A stretch of 64,000 bases of DNA from Chlorokybus atmophyticus (GCA_009103225.1 RHPI01002438.1:62001-126000), one strand, 5' to 3'; shown: positions 1 through 13,898, counted from the stretch's first letter. Made by a program: numbers and translations. The notes: a model not told the origin generated them from the sequence alone.

Positions 1-47
1 GCTAATGCTGCCTCACAGCAGCATGCGCAGGTAGTTAGCGGTTTACA

Positions 48-939
48 TGTCACGCCTTTAAGTCAGTCAAAAGTTATTCTCTGTCCCTTACTTATGTAAG
101 TAAGAAGATACTCAGTGGAGTTCCCCTACTCATGAGCATGTGTAGTGCTTGTGAGGTGTGCTTTCATGTAGGTCTACTCTTGTGCCTATATGGCCCTTAG
201 TGTGATGAACTACACAAGGCATTGTTGAGGGCTAGCATAGTGTTGGTCAATGCCTAAGGCCTTTGGCACAAACCTATGAGTTGCCACAAGATGTGACAGC
301 TCCAAGAGAGAAAGGCATGTTGGCAAACCACAGGGTCAAACTGAGGTAGTGCGATTTGCCACTGTGGTGACAGTGGCAAGGCTAAGTGATGCCTATAGGC
401 AATTTGCAAGTACAATTGTACTATCAGAGCCTATGCTTGTCATTCCGAGGTGGGATTGTTCCTCTTATGGAAAATCAAGGAAATTTGACAATCTCGAGGT
501 TGATGTCCTGTGTTGGACAAGGTCGGCTTGTGCTGATAGGTCAGCACACTGTGATAAGGCCTTCGGCCTTGGACATCCTGTGTGCTAGGTCGGGAGAGCA
601 GCAAGTGGTATAAAGGCTTGATAGCCACCTTCAGTAGGGATCAGAGTGTGTTCACCACTTGAGGGCCACTTGTGTGTGGGGTGCCTGGTTGTGGCTGTTG
701 AAGGGGCTCTCCCCCTCATCTCTTGTGTGGTGTGGTCTTGTGTGCGTGCATGTGTGGGTGTTGAGCGTGGGTGTGCCTGGGGCTGGAGCTGTGCGAGAGG
801 CTGGTGGTCATCCTCTCCTCCGTTGGTGCGCTGCTGCAACTTTCACTACACCGTGGTGCTGGTGAGACTTCGGCTGTAAGTCTTTAGTGCTTGTGCATAA
901 GTTTGCCAAGCCCCGACCAGCAAGTAAATAGTGGTATCA
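48..939 (+). mobile_element. Solo LTR (LTR retrotransposon, probably Ty3/gypsy-type), 892 bp
   Basis: Starts TGTCACG at 48 and ends TGGTATCA at 939; flanked by the identical 5-mer TTACA (43-47 and 940-944); internal TATAAAG at ~610; collinear similarity to 2647-3198. Confidence 0.85.
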
Positions 940-1426
940 TTACAATACCGTTGCAGTCTGCAACGGCGCATGCTGCTAACAACCTGTCTGCCTTTGTGAA
1001 GTTGAAAGCAGCTGTTGCTTGCAACAAGAACTATTGAAACGATGGATGGAACGAGAACAGCAGGCTGTTGAGGTGAGGGGTTAAATCTATGTATAGCGCG
1101 GCGTGTGTATGCATTGTTGGATAGCTTCAACAGCACTTAGCTGGGCCCAAATGGGTGGCCCGAGACGGTGGCTTGAATTTGCGGACATCGCCCATTTATA
1201 ATGATGCGCACGCCATGTCAATAGTCTGAGTGGCGCGATGATGGGCAAGGCTGATCAACAATGTCACACAATTCACATGTGTCATGTTGAGTGCGCGTTG
1301 AGTGAGTGTTCATCTGTTTTCACACTTCGTGCTCATGCTCCTTGATTTATAATGAATGCAGTTGTACAGCGCTCAACATCAGCATGTCCTCATTAACAGG
1401 CACAAGGGGAACTGGAGGTTTCAGAA

Positions 1427-1895
1427 TTGGTTTTGGTTTTCAAGAAAGCCGCCATGCTAGTGGCCAGCGACATGGACGCAGTGCGACAGCGCCTAGCATG
1501 TGCATTCAAGGCTTGTCAAGAAGCCGAGGATCGTGTTGGCATGTCTGAGTTGTTGTCTCCGTGTGTCTCGGTTACATACACACACACTCACACGGTTACA
1601 TGGTATAACTTACATGCACGCGTCAGGTTGCGTGACCAGCATGCCGCTTTGGAAAAAAGCCTAACAGAAGTAACCGCCAAGCTAGACAATCAACGAGTTG
1701 AAGCTACAGCTGCCTTGTCTGTGTAGCGTCCTGAGAATGGCAGGTAGGGTAGCGATCTTGATGGTCACGTTTGCAAATAAGCACATCACCAACCTGACTC
1801 ACAAGCAACGCTTGCAAATCTTGCAGCACAAGCAAAAACCGACTTTAGAATGCATAAGGATTATGAGGCAACCACAACTGCAAATGTTATGGTAA
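1427..1895 (+). pseudogene. Possible fragmentary spliced coiled-coil gene between the two solo LTRs
   Basis: Exon-like segments (VASDMDAVRQRLACAFKACQEAEDRV; LRDQHAALEKSLTEVTAKLDNQRVEATAALSV) with GT/AG boundaries; an in-frame TAG at 1724-1726 shortly before a GTAGGG donor. No recognised homologue. Confidence 0.3.
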
Positions 1896-2646
1896 AGGCG
1901 ACCATGTCAGTGCGGGTTATTATTACAGTTTACCTGAATGTGCTTAGCTCGCAATGTAATGGCAGGCGGCTCCGCAAGCAATCAAGTGTTCATTTTGTAG
2001 AAGACGTTTCTAAATCAAACGATGGCTAGCATGTACTTGAGCATTGTGTGTAAACAGATGGAGAGACAAGGTGGTCGGCGTTCATTTATGTAAGAGGCGG
2101 CACATTGGCTAAGGAACACGATAGTGCGATGAACAACCCGACGTTGGTCTTTATAAGACAAAGCCTTTACCTAGATTTTTAAAGTTAAAACACCCACATT
2201 GGGAGATAGCAACAAGGAAGTGATGGGCAAGGTAGCTGCAATCATTAATGTTGAAGCTTTCATGACGCTGAGAAGAGGTTGTTTTGTTGGTATTAAAAGG
2301 CTTTGCGCACCTTTTTAACATGATCTTAATAATAAAAGGGGTCTTTTATTATTGAGCTATGTGCGACTCGCGTCGTTTGTTGTATGTCTATTACAGCAAG
2401 GGTCAACATTGTAAGTGGAGCCTTATGCCTCGTATATGCCCAATAACTATGTAACTAGCGTCGTAGTGGTTAAAGTCGTGGTCCTATGCATCAGATTATG
2501 GTCAAGGTTGGCGAGAACATAGCATGCAGGGGGGCAGAGAGCACGCCACACGTACTGCACACACGTCCACCCATCACACCCGCCACCTCGCCAACCCTCA
2601 TTCCTCTCCTCTCCTACTCCGCTGCAGGTGAAGCCCGCTCCCCTCT

Positions 2647-3198
2647 TGTCACGTCCAAAGGACTAGCTTAAGTCACTCTCTGTTCCTTCCTTATGTGGTA
2701 AGTAAGAAGGACTAAGTGAAGATTCCGTATAGTCATGGTGAGTGCAGCACTTGGCATACGTGCTCATAAAGTTGATTCTTATGCACGTAGTGTATAAGGA
2801 CCCAGCAGCTACACAACGCACTGTCCACCAGTAAGTTCAGGACGGGTAAGTGTCAATGCGCATTGTCGCACAAGCAGCAAGTATGCAGGGTGGACAAAGT
2901 CAGCTTGTGCTGATATGTCAGCGCACAGATGGTGAGGTCTTGTTGGCCTCGGACATCCTATGTGCCAGGTCGGAGAGCAGCAGGTAGTATAAAGGCGTAA
3001 CTACCACCTTGTGATGTCAATTGTTTGCTAGCCTTGCAGACTACTTGTGTGTGCGGTGCCTGGATAAAGCTGTTGAAGGGTGCTCTCCCCATTCACTCCT
3101 TGTGGGGTGTTGCTTGTTGCAAGGAGTGCTGTAAGTTGAGCTGCTTGTGCAGAAGTTTGTGACGCCCTCAGCAGGCAAGTTGAGAGGTTAGTGTGACA
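2647..3198 (+). mobile_element. Solo LTR, 552 bp, same family as 48-939
   Basis: TGTCAC...GTGACA inverted termini; perfect 5-bp TSD CCTCT (2642-2646, 3199-3203); shares blocks such as GGACATCCT.TGTGC.AGGTCGG.AGAGCAGCA.GT.GTATAAAGGC with the first LTR. Confidence 0.92.
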
Positions 3199-4875
3199 CC
3201 TCTCGCCTACCCTCGCCTAGCTACGCTCTTGCACTTGCATTCACGTAGACTAGCTTAAAGAAAGCCCATGTAGCCTAGAGGTGGTGGTGTGGAGTAAAGT
3301 GCTATGCTGAAGATGTTCTACTTGTGTTTTGTAAGCTTGGCATACAATGTTGCATGATATTTTCCTATACCCTATGCATACAACCATGTCACATCTGTAT
3401 TACCACATATGCTATATTGGAACTTTCAACTTGCATTGAATGGAGCATGTACTTGGCGGTTAAAATCGTTTTAGCTCGGAGCATACACCTGCAAAGGATT
3501 TTATGATGCATTAATGTCATGTACATGATAATGGGAGGTGTATTAACATGTGAGTCCTCATATGGTAACAACTTTTGCTGCGATGGCCTAATGATTCATG
3601 CGTTGATGTTATATGTTAAAACATGGGCGCGCGCGGATTGATGGTGTTTACTATGGGGATGGATTTGCGATAAATATAGGATGTGCATGCATATGAATGC
3701 AGTGTCCGTATGAACATGCACATTATATAAATGAAAACAATTGCAACAATTCAGGTGATCGATTGCTCTTCAGCACTTAATCAATTTGAGTAAAGCTCAT
3801 CATAGCTTGCAAGCAACATTGTGGCAGAATCATTATTTTATGAAGCAGTAGCTTGCATTTGTATACTGATTGTTGGTATTGTTAAGTCAGTCTACTGATG
3901 CAATATTTGCCTTGTTTAACCTTTAACACACCATTAAGCTGTGACAATGGGGAATGGCTTGACATTAACACATACAATTACACCAATGGTTACGATGCAA
4001 CACCATATTGGCGCCTAATAAATGTTTGTAGCGCGTATACACCGCATGATATGCAATGCAATGCGTATGTATACGATATGATATATCATACAAAAGTTGT
4101 ATAATGTATGCAATGTAAATATGGTATACAGTATATCTATATACGTACACATGTAACTCATTCTGTTACACTTCTGAAACCAGGTTTTAATATATAATAA
4201 AAATCATTTAAAATAATCATATATATGTCGTCTTTCCATGGATGCGATCGTGGTTGTTATTTCATGGCCATTTTTATATAGCCACCGTCACGTGTACAAC
4301 CACCACATGGTTCACGTAGTCGATTTGCATGATAAATTAACGATAGCAAACGCTTCATCGGTAACACAATCATTGCTACTATTTCAACCATGACACCAAT
4401 ACCAAAATTGCCATTAACAATATTGTCCTACTCTATATTACCTTGTGCATGTGCTTACAATGCACAACTGATGGGTTATTTGGCAAAGGATGCACCTATG
4501 TAAGAGCAACCTCCATGCACTAAGCACATCATATGGGCCAGATTGTCAGCCTGCCTTGCTGTCCATTCGCGTTTTTTTCTTGTTGGCTTTGTCTTGCATG
4601 TGTCTATCACACCACATATGGTATGTGCTATCCAAATGGTTCTGACGCAAAGATGGTATGAACCCGACACTCAGTGTCAATACATCAGCTGTACTTGTGG
4701 GCAATCATTGTGGGCAAGCGAGTCGCAATCAGCCAAGAGCTGGGCAACCTTAACAACATTGTGCAAGGCACATTCCGCCCTCTACACCTGCCTTAGGTTG
4801 ACCTGTAAAAAGGGAGCATGCACGCATCTGTCACAACAAACCAAGGACATGCATAAACTGCATCACCATAATTAA

Positions 4876-7800
4876 CTAAGCTGTTTGTTTGACAGGCCTA
4901 GAGCGCTCAAGCATCCTCAGTGCCAGCTGCTTGGTCCATGATGCTGAGGTAGGTTTGAATATTTTATCGCTGAGGGCAAACTCCAGCTGCGCCACGACAT
5001 CCAAGCAGTTGTTGCTGTGCGCCAGCTCAATAGCCTGTTCAGCAGAGCAACTTGAGCATTGGCAAGCAGGAACATCAGCAAATGTCCCATACCACCAGTC
5101 CCGCGGTTCAGCATGTGTGCTATTTGTGCTGTTGCCGCAGCCAGTCCCAGCCGCACACATACCTTGCTCACAGCGTGCTTGATTGCAAGAGCGTCTTGCG
5201 CATCAGTGTACCGCACAGACTCCAAGCACTCCTGCCAAGTCTTCATGCCTGCAAGCCTTTGCGGTTGCACGGTTGCATGGTGTTGCTCTCCCAAATTGTT
5301 TCCAAATTTGAGGGCTTGAACAATGCCGCTGTTTGTTACAGCATTGGTTCCAGCAGCTTCAAGAGACTGTCAGCACCACATACATGACATTACGCGGCTA
5401 TCCACCTGCCCTCAGCGAACAACAGCCACAACACGTACATACTTTGTGCGCTGGTTGCTGGGCAGCGCTGTGACCTGGCGAATCCAAGCAATGATGCCAG
5501 CTATCCATGCCGTAAATATTGAGCGGCTGCAGGCCTGTGGGGGGGTCCGCACTGTTGGCGATTGCTACCTCGCTCGGCACGTGTTGCCCACTTGAGTTTG
5601 GCATGGGAGGTATGTCACCAAGTATGGATAAAAGCACTTGCCGAGCATGGAGAATGGATTGAGCTTCTGCCACAGATGTAGCTCGAGCTGTCGGAACTGT
5701 GCCAAGCACACAAGGTGCGATGGCTTGTGGCATGTGCTTCCAGCTCCGTGTCACACCGATGGCTTCAGTAGGTGGAAGGCTTTCAGTAGTAGCTGCATGA
5801 GATTGCAGGGGAACATTCGCTGGTTCACTTCTTGAGTCCTGTTCTACCTGTTCCATAAACAAGCCAGTTCAGACCCAGAAAATGCAACATCCTAATGATG
5901 GCATACTGTGCTATTGCTTCCTGAGAGGGTGATGTTACATCACTTGCTGAGCACTGCAAGTGTTAGCTTGCAATGCTCAGCAGGAACGCTGTAAGCTGGA
6001 GGTATACCAGCGTATCTGGATGCCCATCTTGGTTGCGCTGCAAGCAATCTGGCAAGGCTGCAGATTGTATTGACCCAAACATGTGTTCGCAGGTTGGCGC
6101 AACATGCACACCCGTACACCCACAGTGAGTACCTGTGTATCAGTGGATTCAATGTTCTGCGCATCCTCCAAAGCTTGACAGTCGTCGCATTTCATCTGAA
6201 CGCAGTTGTTGTCCTCAGGCTGCTCAGGAAGGGTTTTTGCTCCAGTTGCAGCACAGTGTAAGCGACAGAAGGTTGTGGGGCATGACTTGCATGTATGCAG
6301 CCGATGGGAATCCACCGTGGCATCACAGCCTGGATGCTTACACCTGTTAACAACACGCATGAAGCCACCACTGCAAATGCAGTGAACATCGCATACACCA
6401 TCATTCTGCATGAATGAACATTACATACATTGACAAGCACCAACCTGTGACGAGGACACAACCAGGGTGCAGTGTCCTCTGGTACTTTCTCTAGACCAAC
6501 ACATTCCAGATGGTACACTTTGTAACAAGGAGAGCCGTGAGACGTCTCTGGGAATGACCCGCGACCGTAGTCGCACTCAATCAGGTCGCCGCCATCTTTG
6601 CACACAAAGCAGTAGTCTTCAGACGCGTTGTCCGTGGCTGCACGTCTTTCAAGCTCATCACAACTCCTGTACATGCAACATCTATTGAATAAATTTTCTC
6701 AGCTTTCTCTCATGTAGATACTATGCTTAAGATAGTGACGTACTCTAGATACCAACGGTGGTAATCATGTCGCCAATTTTCTGATAGGGGTTTCTCACTG
6801 CGAGCTGCAACCGCCGCCTGCGTCGTATCTGAACACATATGCATGCCTGACTGGGCAGCAGGTTGCTTGACCCCCTGCATGGATGGCAAGCTTGATGGCT
6901 GCGGTTCCCTTGCCTCCGCACACTGCCAGGGTCTGTTCTCAGGTGCTGGCCGTTGTACTGTTAGACTCCGCCCTTGCTGTGACGGCTGTGACACAGTGGC
7001 TACCTGCTGCTGCAGCCTGCTTAGCGGCGGGTCTTGAAACATAGCCGCCACTGGTGCAGATTGCTGCGCAGTTGTTTGTTGCAGGGCGGCAGGCTGCAGT
7101 GGATATCTAAACAACGTTCGGGAAAGTTCATTAAGCGCGGTGGCTTCCTGCAGCTGCATTCTGCTTAGTGGTAGGTCTAGAGACGCCGACGCCACTGGTG
7201 TGGGTTGCTGTGCAGCTCGTTGATGGAGAGCAGCGGGTTGCAGACGATTTCTGAACAACATCTTCCACTCGTTCTGCCCCAAATCTGCCGATTGACCTGG
7301 GACCTGATCTTGCTGTGCACTCGATTCTGGAGACTCCCTTTTACTCTGCAGTTGTGTGGCATGCGAGCTCGTAACCGGTGTTGAAGGAGCCAGTTGTGGG
7401 TCAGTGCCACAACGCACCTGAGCCGGCTGTGGAGATGCTGGACTGCAATGCGCCAGCGCTGCATGGTCCATCTGCCGCCATTGCTGATCTTGTTGTTGCA
7501 ACGCTTGCAGTTGCTGCTGGCGGTTGCCATGCTGCGGCTGCACTTGCGGCTGCTGTAGCAGTTGACCAACGTTAAATGGAGGTGTTGTGGCCTGCGCTGC
7601 TGGCTGAGAACTGTGCCTCGTCCAGGGTTGCGATGAGGTGTGCACGGAGGACATCACTCCGCTCAGCCCACAGGCGTGCATGCTCAGTTCTTGCGATGGT
7701 GCAGCATTGCTGGTGGATGGTATTGCAATTGCAATTGTGCTGTCTTGACGTGCGCGTTGACTTGGTAACTCCACCACATCTTGCAAAGGGCGCTTTTTTT

Positions 7801-8560
7801 CCTGCTGGCATTTCCCCAGTCAGAGACTGAACCCTTGTACTCTTAACGAAAACCAGCGTGGTATGACATACTAACATTGCTGTGCGCGGGAGCTTGCAAC
7901 AGAAGCCTGCTTGCCCCATTCTCTGCCACCTCCCAACGCAAGGGGGACCTGAGCGCTTCGCAGAGCACATCCCAAGGAGTTGCTTGATTCGGAAGATTCA
8001 AGTCTGACTTAAGCTGCACAAGGAGCCTTTTCCACCTGTCGCTGGTTGCGGCTGTAGCCTAAGCAACGTTGAAGCCCTCGTCAGTTGCTTAAGGCGCCAG
8101 TCCATCAAAAGATGCAAGAAGTCACGCAATGACTGGCAACGGTCACAACAACTAACCATTTTCTAACACTGATGTCGGTGTGAAAGCGTCGAATTGTCAA
8201 GACATCGCCGCACTGGTTTTCATATGACAGCTGCAGAAACCTGTGGCATAATGTAGCTAAGGCGTGAGTTGGACGGAAATGCTCAATCAATGCTTCCTTT
8301 CGTATCATAGTGAACGAAATGCGCCAGTGAAGTGCAGCATCAGCAAGCGCATACAAGCAGAGAGCAACATCCATGGAGTGCAAGCAGATGTAAGCGATGG
8401 TCGAGTACGCTAATGGCAGGTTCAGCAATAGCTACTCAGCCTTCCAGATGCGATACGACGAGGCCGAGGACAGTTGTAACCACACCAATCAACCTTACCA
8501 GTCGCAATGCAGGGGCAGTGCCCAAGCTCGCCGAGCTACTCTCCACGTCCATACCCATTT
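4876..8560 (-). CDS. Multi-exon PHD-finger protein with Gln-rich low-complexity region (5' and 3' ends approximate)
   Basis: Exon SEDYCFVCKDGGDLIECD...CYKVYHLECVGLEKVPEDTAPWLCPRH spliced to CKHPGCD...HTCKSCPTTFCRLHC (PHD plus following Cys/His finger, NSD-like arrangement); 358-aa Q-rich ORF 6710-7786; probable start MGMDVESSS followed by a GTAAG donor. Confidence 0.7.
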
Positions 8561-9271
8561 TCTGGACCTTAGCCCCTCGCTCCTGTGCGAGCCAACCCGC
8601 CTCACCAGACTTGCAAACCCTTACAGTCCACGCAAGCAATCATCCTGTTGCACCCCACCCCGCCGCCCAGCCATGCCGCCAGTGACAACTACAGGCATGC
8701 CTATGCCAGAGCAGTGCAGCACAGGCATGCGCGCTGCGGCCGGCTGGGGCTTAGCACTGGCGGGCATCGCTCCAATCAAATTAGAACCCTACACAGGCGA
8801 AGCGGGGATTGGTGTGGGCGGCGAAGGTGGTATTGGCGACGGCGCTGTCGGGCGCTGTCGGGCAGGCGCCCGCACGGGCGACATGTGTGTTACCTCTTCT
8901 GTTGTTGCGAACAAGTCTTGAATGACGCAGGTGTGCAGTTGAGATGAGGACGCTTGGACAAAGCCGTTGCAGCTGATGTAGCGAGCGGGCAGAGGTAATG
9001 GGACATGCTGCTGCGTGTTCTCCGTTGGCTGCTGGATTTGCGCAAGTGCTTGGCGCCTGGAGGGTGTGACTTAAGCTTTCTACAGCAACTGAATGATAAC
9101 TTGATGAATGATTACATTACACGGGTGCCATCTGGCGGTTGTGGTGTATAGTGTCCGATGCTTACATGACTGTTGTGGTCACATGCACAGGCCTGGTACC
9201 CTTGCTGCGCCAGTGTGTCAGCTAGCCACTTGTGCCACATATCGCAGCCGGATTCTTTAGTTTGCTGTTGT

Positions 9272-12200
9272 ATGTCTGAGCGTGACACTGAGGAGCATGA
9301 CCCTTTCAATGAACCGTGCTTGCTGTTGGTGAGTTGACGACAAAATTGTCTCAGTCGCAATACATGCATGCAGAGGTTGGTATGTGCCCGCATGTCATCA
9401 CAGCTCAAGAGTTGTGTTCATGTCCAGACTCTCAGGCTTGCTCCGCATGGTGTGCAATCTAAAAGCTAGCTGACTGGTGGATCTTGAGCTTACGCAACAT
9501 GCTGTGCAGACTTGACCACCCAGTCCAGTCACCTTTCCGCAAGATGAGCAAACAGCAAGGCCAAGTTATGAAGCAGTTTGATAGGTTGAAAAGCCGTGCA
9601 TCAAAGCTTGTCAGCAAAGCAACCCGAATAGTTGATGAAGGCGCTGTGAGATCTCCTTTCCAGCGAACGCAGTCAAGCACACGCTCTGGTAACTCAACCA
9701 CAAGCCCTTCAACCTCGCAGAGGACTTCTGAAGACTCCACGGATAGCCCTTCTGGTACTCTTTTCTTATATGCTTGATGCAGACGTATGTGCATACACTT
9801 GACATGTATGTTGACTTCCGCTGTGTACTACCTGCAGATGGTTTGGTGTCTGCAAGAGTGCGAAGCGAATGGGTGAAGGGTCAGCTGAGGAAGTCTCGAC
9901 ATCGGTTTACCGAGTCGCGCGAGTTCACGTACTGCACTTATCACATTACAGTCTAATGCTTATGCCTTGAGTGCAAAAGCTTTGCGCATCACCATCATTC
10001 AAATATCACTATCTGTTGAGTCCTGCAGTCCCATGTGGGTCTAGGTAACTCTCCGGTTGCTTGACAGACTCTTTGTCGGCACATGGAACGTGAACGGCCG
10101 CCCCCCGGACCCTGACACTCCTCTGCACGAGTGGTTAGGCCCGGGTGAAGATGCGGATCTTGTTGTGATTGGGTAGGTTCAGCAGACCCACCCAGCTGAA
10201 CACATGTATTCACCAGTAATCCAAATTTCAGCATGCTTCACGTGCCTCTATGCTGTTAGCTTGGAGGATGTTGTCTCGTGCATTGCATGCGGCCATTGCT
10301 GCGTACATGCTCAGATGGAAGCCCCCATTTCGTGGGTGCGCCACTTAACATCATACATGTGTCCAGGTTTCAAGAAATAGTCCCAATTGACACCCGTAAC
10401 GTGTTGGTGGTTGAAGATGCCAAGATTACTGCAGTGTGGGAAAGTCATATTGACAAGTGTCTGAATAGACAGTGGACTCCCTCCAATCGTTCAATGCGCA
10501 AAGAGCCATCACAGTCCTTCACCGGCCAAGGATCAGACGGTGGCATCAACGGACATGCGGAGCCCGCGTCAGCACCAGATGCGGCGGATGTTGGCAACAC
10601 GAATTCCGGTGCTGACACACAAGCGCTGGAACAACCGGAATCGAGCTCCGACTCTAGCGCATATGCAATCATCGTGAGCAAGCAGATGGTGGGGCTGCAC
10701 ATCTGTGTGTGGGCGAAGTCAACCCTCAGACCTTACGTTCAAGATGTGCAAACAGCAGCTGTGGGCTGTGGTGTCTTGGGCATGCTGGGTAACAAGGTAA
10801 GCAGCCAGCGTGCCGGATGGAAAGTCACATGTGTGTACAACGGACTGTAGGAAGAAGCTGTTTGCTGTTGTAGTATGCCTTTACTGACATCATTTTGCGA
10901 CCGGACAACCATAGCTTCAAGATTTGCTTCTTGCTCGTGCAAAGCTACAGCTTACATTGTTAGCTCATTGTTGGTGCAGGGTGGAGTGTCCGCCCGGATG
11001 CGCGTGTACAGCAATACCTTCTGCTTTGTATGCGTACACCTGAGTAGTGGTGAAGGGGAGGCAGTGGACCGACGCCGCAACTCAGACTACTCGGAAATTA
11101 TGAGGCGGACTACATTCCCTGCAACCGCCAGCCATGCACCTGTGTCAATCCTAGACCACGACACTGTTGTGTGGCTCGGGGATTTGAACTACCGGCTTAA
11201 CTTGAGTGGTAAGTCCGCATAACAGTTTCAAGTTTGGAGCGCCCCTGGTTTTGACAAGAGCAACCATGCTTATACAGATGATGAGATTCGAGACGGGATC
11301 AAGCATAAAGCCTGGGACCAGTTACTCCGAGGTGATCAACTGACAACAGAGCGCCAAGCAGGACGAGCATTCCATAAGCTTAAGGAAGGCAACATTATGT
11401 TCGCTCCCACTTACAAGTAAGGCAAATTGTGTCAGATTGGCTACATGTAGTTGTAAAAAGGATGCCTCCAGTATGGCTGCACTATGGCTCCAGTATGGCT
11501 AACTAAGGCTGAACTTGCATGCTTGGCAGACAATGTGCACAGGATGATATTCCAACTATGCATCCATGTATTGTTTTTTGGCAGTTCTGGTGCATACCTG
11601 TCAAGTATGCTATTGTCTGCCAGTGTGGCCGGTTGTTGACAGCCCTCGCGCAGGTACATCCTGGGCACACAACAGTATACCGGTAAAGCAGCTGCGGAGG
11701 AGAGACTCGTGCGCAGCCCAGCTTGGTGTGACCGTATACTTTGGCAAGGAGAGCGCCTGTCGCAACGGCGATATGACAGAGCAGAGCTGTTGTCGTCCGA
11801 CCACAGGTGCGCAGAAACACTCAGTTTCCGGTCTCTGGCATTACACTATCACACATGCTTGGAAGAGACAAGCATACAGCTGTTATGTAAGTTTTTTTTG
11901 CTGTTCAGGCCCGTATGGAGTGTTTTTAATGCGCAAGCTGAGGAGGTTGTGCAGTCACGGATGGAGGCTATCCTTGCTGAGCTGCGGCACGAACTGGACA
12001 ATATGGAAATGCAAGCACAGCCAAAGTGTCAGATCCACCCTTCTGCTGTGGACTTTGGTATGCATGCCGTTACAGCGCGTAGTGACTCACGCGTTGGGAA
12101 ACAACGTGCCTTATTATATTGAGAAAAACAGTGGTGATTGTGGTGCTGCGGTGAGTACAGAATGCTATTTACTGTTCCTTGCTCCGTCTGCCTGTGTGCA

Positions 12201-13898
12201 CAGGTGCCGTCAAGTATGGTGCATTCGCTGAAGCCACGGTAACAGTTACGAATGCGGGCTCCGTGCCCGCTTACTTCAACTTCCTGCAGGTAAGGGCGAC
12301 AACTCGGATGGTCCACGTTATAAGGCTGTTGCAGTGTGACGGATGCCAACGTGACGCATCCAATGTTGCAGCCCCCTGGTGAGCTGGCTGTGTGCCCAAG
12401 CTGGCTGACCGTTATGCCAATGGAGGGTCAGCTTGGCGTTGGTGAAGAAGTCCAGCTTACCTTGACTGCACTTGTTGACACTAGCAATGGCAGTGTCCAA
12501 CCTCTTGTAACCCACCAAGTAAGCGTAGCCGCTGTGGACTGGGTGTTCAATGCATTCCGGGTGGCTCATGCGATGTGGCTGTAGCTGTGGGTTGTGTACT
12601 CGCAGGGAAACATGGATGCCATTCTGATTTTGCACATAGAGCAAGGAGCTGACTTCTTCCTGAGCTGCACCGGCAAGTACCAGATCTCCTGTTGGGGACT
12701 GACTCTGGAGCAGATGGTGCGCCACCGAGAGCCTGCTCGAGCACTCACTCTCCACCGCATGCCCTCAAACATGAGCCCAGAGCCCGTTGAACCTGAGGTA
12801 TCAGACCGCGCAGCATGGCAGATGTTTGGGGCATGCTCAGGATTTGCATCAACAACGTTTTTGCGCAGGTTCCCAAGGAGTTGCTGCGCATGACAACTTT
12901 CGTAACCAGCAAAGCCAAGGAGGATGGCGGCAGCAGTTTAGCGCAAGCGCTGAATGCTCTGAGCGGCAGTGGCACGGATGTTGTCGGCCATGACACTGAG
13001 GGCAAGAGTGCAGTTGCCAGCATCCGTGAAGCACTGGACACGGGTGCAGAACTTCAAGAGGGAACGACAGTTCTGGCAATGGTCGCCACGCTGCTGTCCT
13101 TTTTTGCATCACTAGCCTCACCGCTTTTTCCACAGGTATGCATGACCTGCACATTAGGACAGCTTGCTGCTTTCAGTGAGCCTGGTCAGGCATGCAAGCA
13201 TTCCAGCTTGAGCTGCGGTGTGTGTTACACCACACTCATCCTGTTGATTCAATTACTGGTTTGGTCACTTACCTTGGAGCCGATAGATGTGCTGAAAAGT
13301 CTGTAATGTTGGTGGGTGTGCAGGCCATTGGCGATGTTTGCGAAGTATGTGTTCCTTCAAGAGACATGGCGAACACGCTGTTGCAGAGAACGCTGACACC
13401 TGAGCACTTCGCGGTGCTCGAACACGTCCGCCAGTTTTTAAAGGATGTCGTGAAGTGCACAGCACGGCACTCCATGTCTCACCTCACCATAGGTTTGTCT
13501 TTGTTGAATAATTGCTTTTTGGCTCCTTGCTGTGACTTTTTGTCATGATGTCGTTGGAACTGTTGCAGCGGCGTTATTTGCGGATGTCTGCTTTCAGACA
13601 ATCGAACGAGGCGGCGCCTGGCACAGACGAGTTGAGTTTGTGCAGCAGATGTTTGAGTAGCCAGTACACAAATGGCTTGTTATACATGTCATATAATATA
13701 TGCATGCGACATGTTATAGTATTGACTAATTGCATGGAGCATCTTTTCATTGTTGCATGCTATCTGAGCAACTTTTGTGGAGAAGCAATGATAACTCTCC
13801 TTGAGTCAACCATCCTTGCGCTTATGTTGCCGATGCACGGTGCCCTTGGCCTTCTAATGACGAGTCAGAAGGCGCTGGCATGTGTTCGCCTGCTGTAA
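9272..13898 (+). CDS. OCRL: Inositol polyphosphate 5-phosphatase, OCRL/INPP5B-like (5-phosphatase + ASH + RhoGAP-like), multi-exon; start approximate
   Basis: Motifs FVGTWNVNG, GFQEIV, KQMVG, GMLGNKGGV, FCFVCVHL, VWLGDLNYRL, DQL...FAPTYKY, PAWCDRILW, SSDHRPV; then VDFG/VTNAG (ASH) and ADFFLSCTG..SCWGLTLE, VPKELLRM (RhoGAP-like). Confidence 0.88.

Noticed and set aside
349-879. Short ORFs inside the solo LTRs, and the many antisense or (GT)n-derived ORFs in the track
   Set aside because: They are shadows of real exons, microsatellites or LTR sequence with no protein-like features.
1195-1256. Box C/D snoRNA (ATGATG...CTGA...ATGATG...CTGA)
   Set aside because: Only about 55 nt, C boxes are imperfect, and I could not recognise an rRNA-complementary guide.
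48-3198. One intact LTR retrotransposon spanning both LTRs
   Set aside because: Each LTR has its own distinct TSD, their lengths differ greatly, and there is no gag/pol sequence between them.
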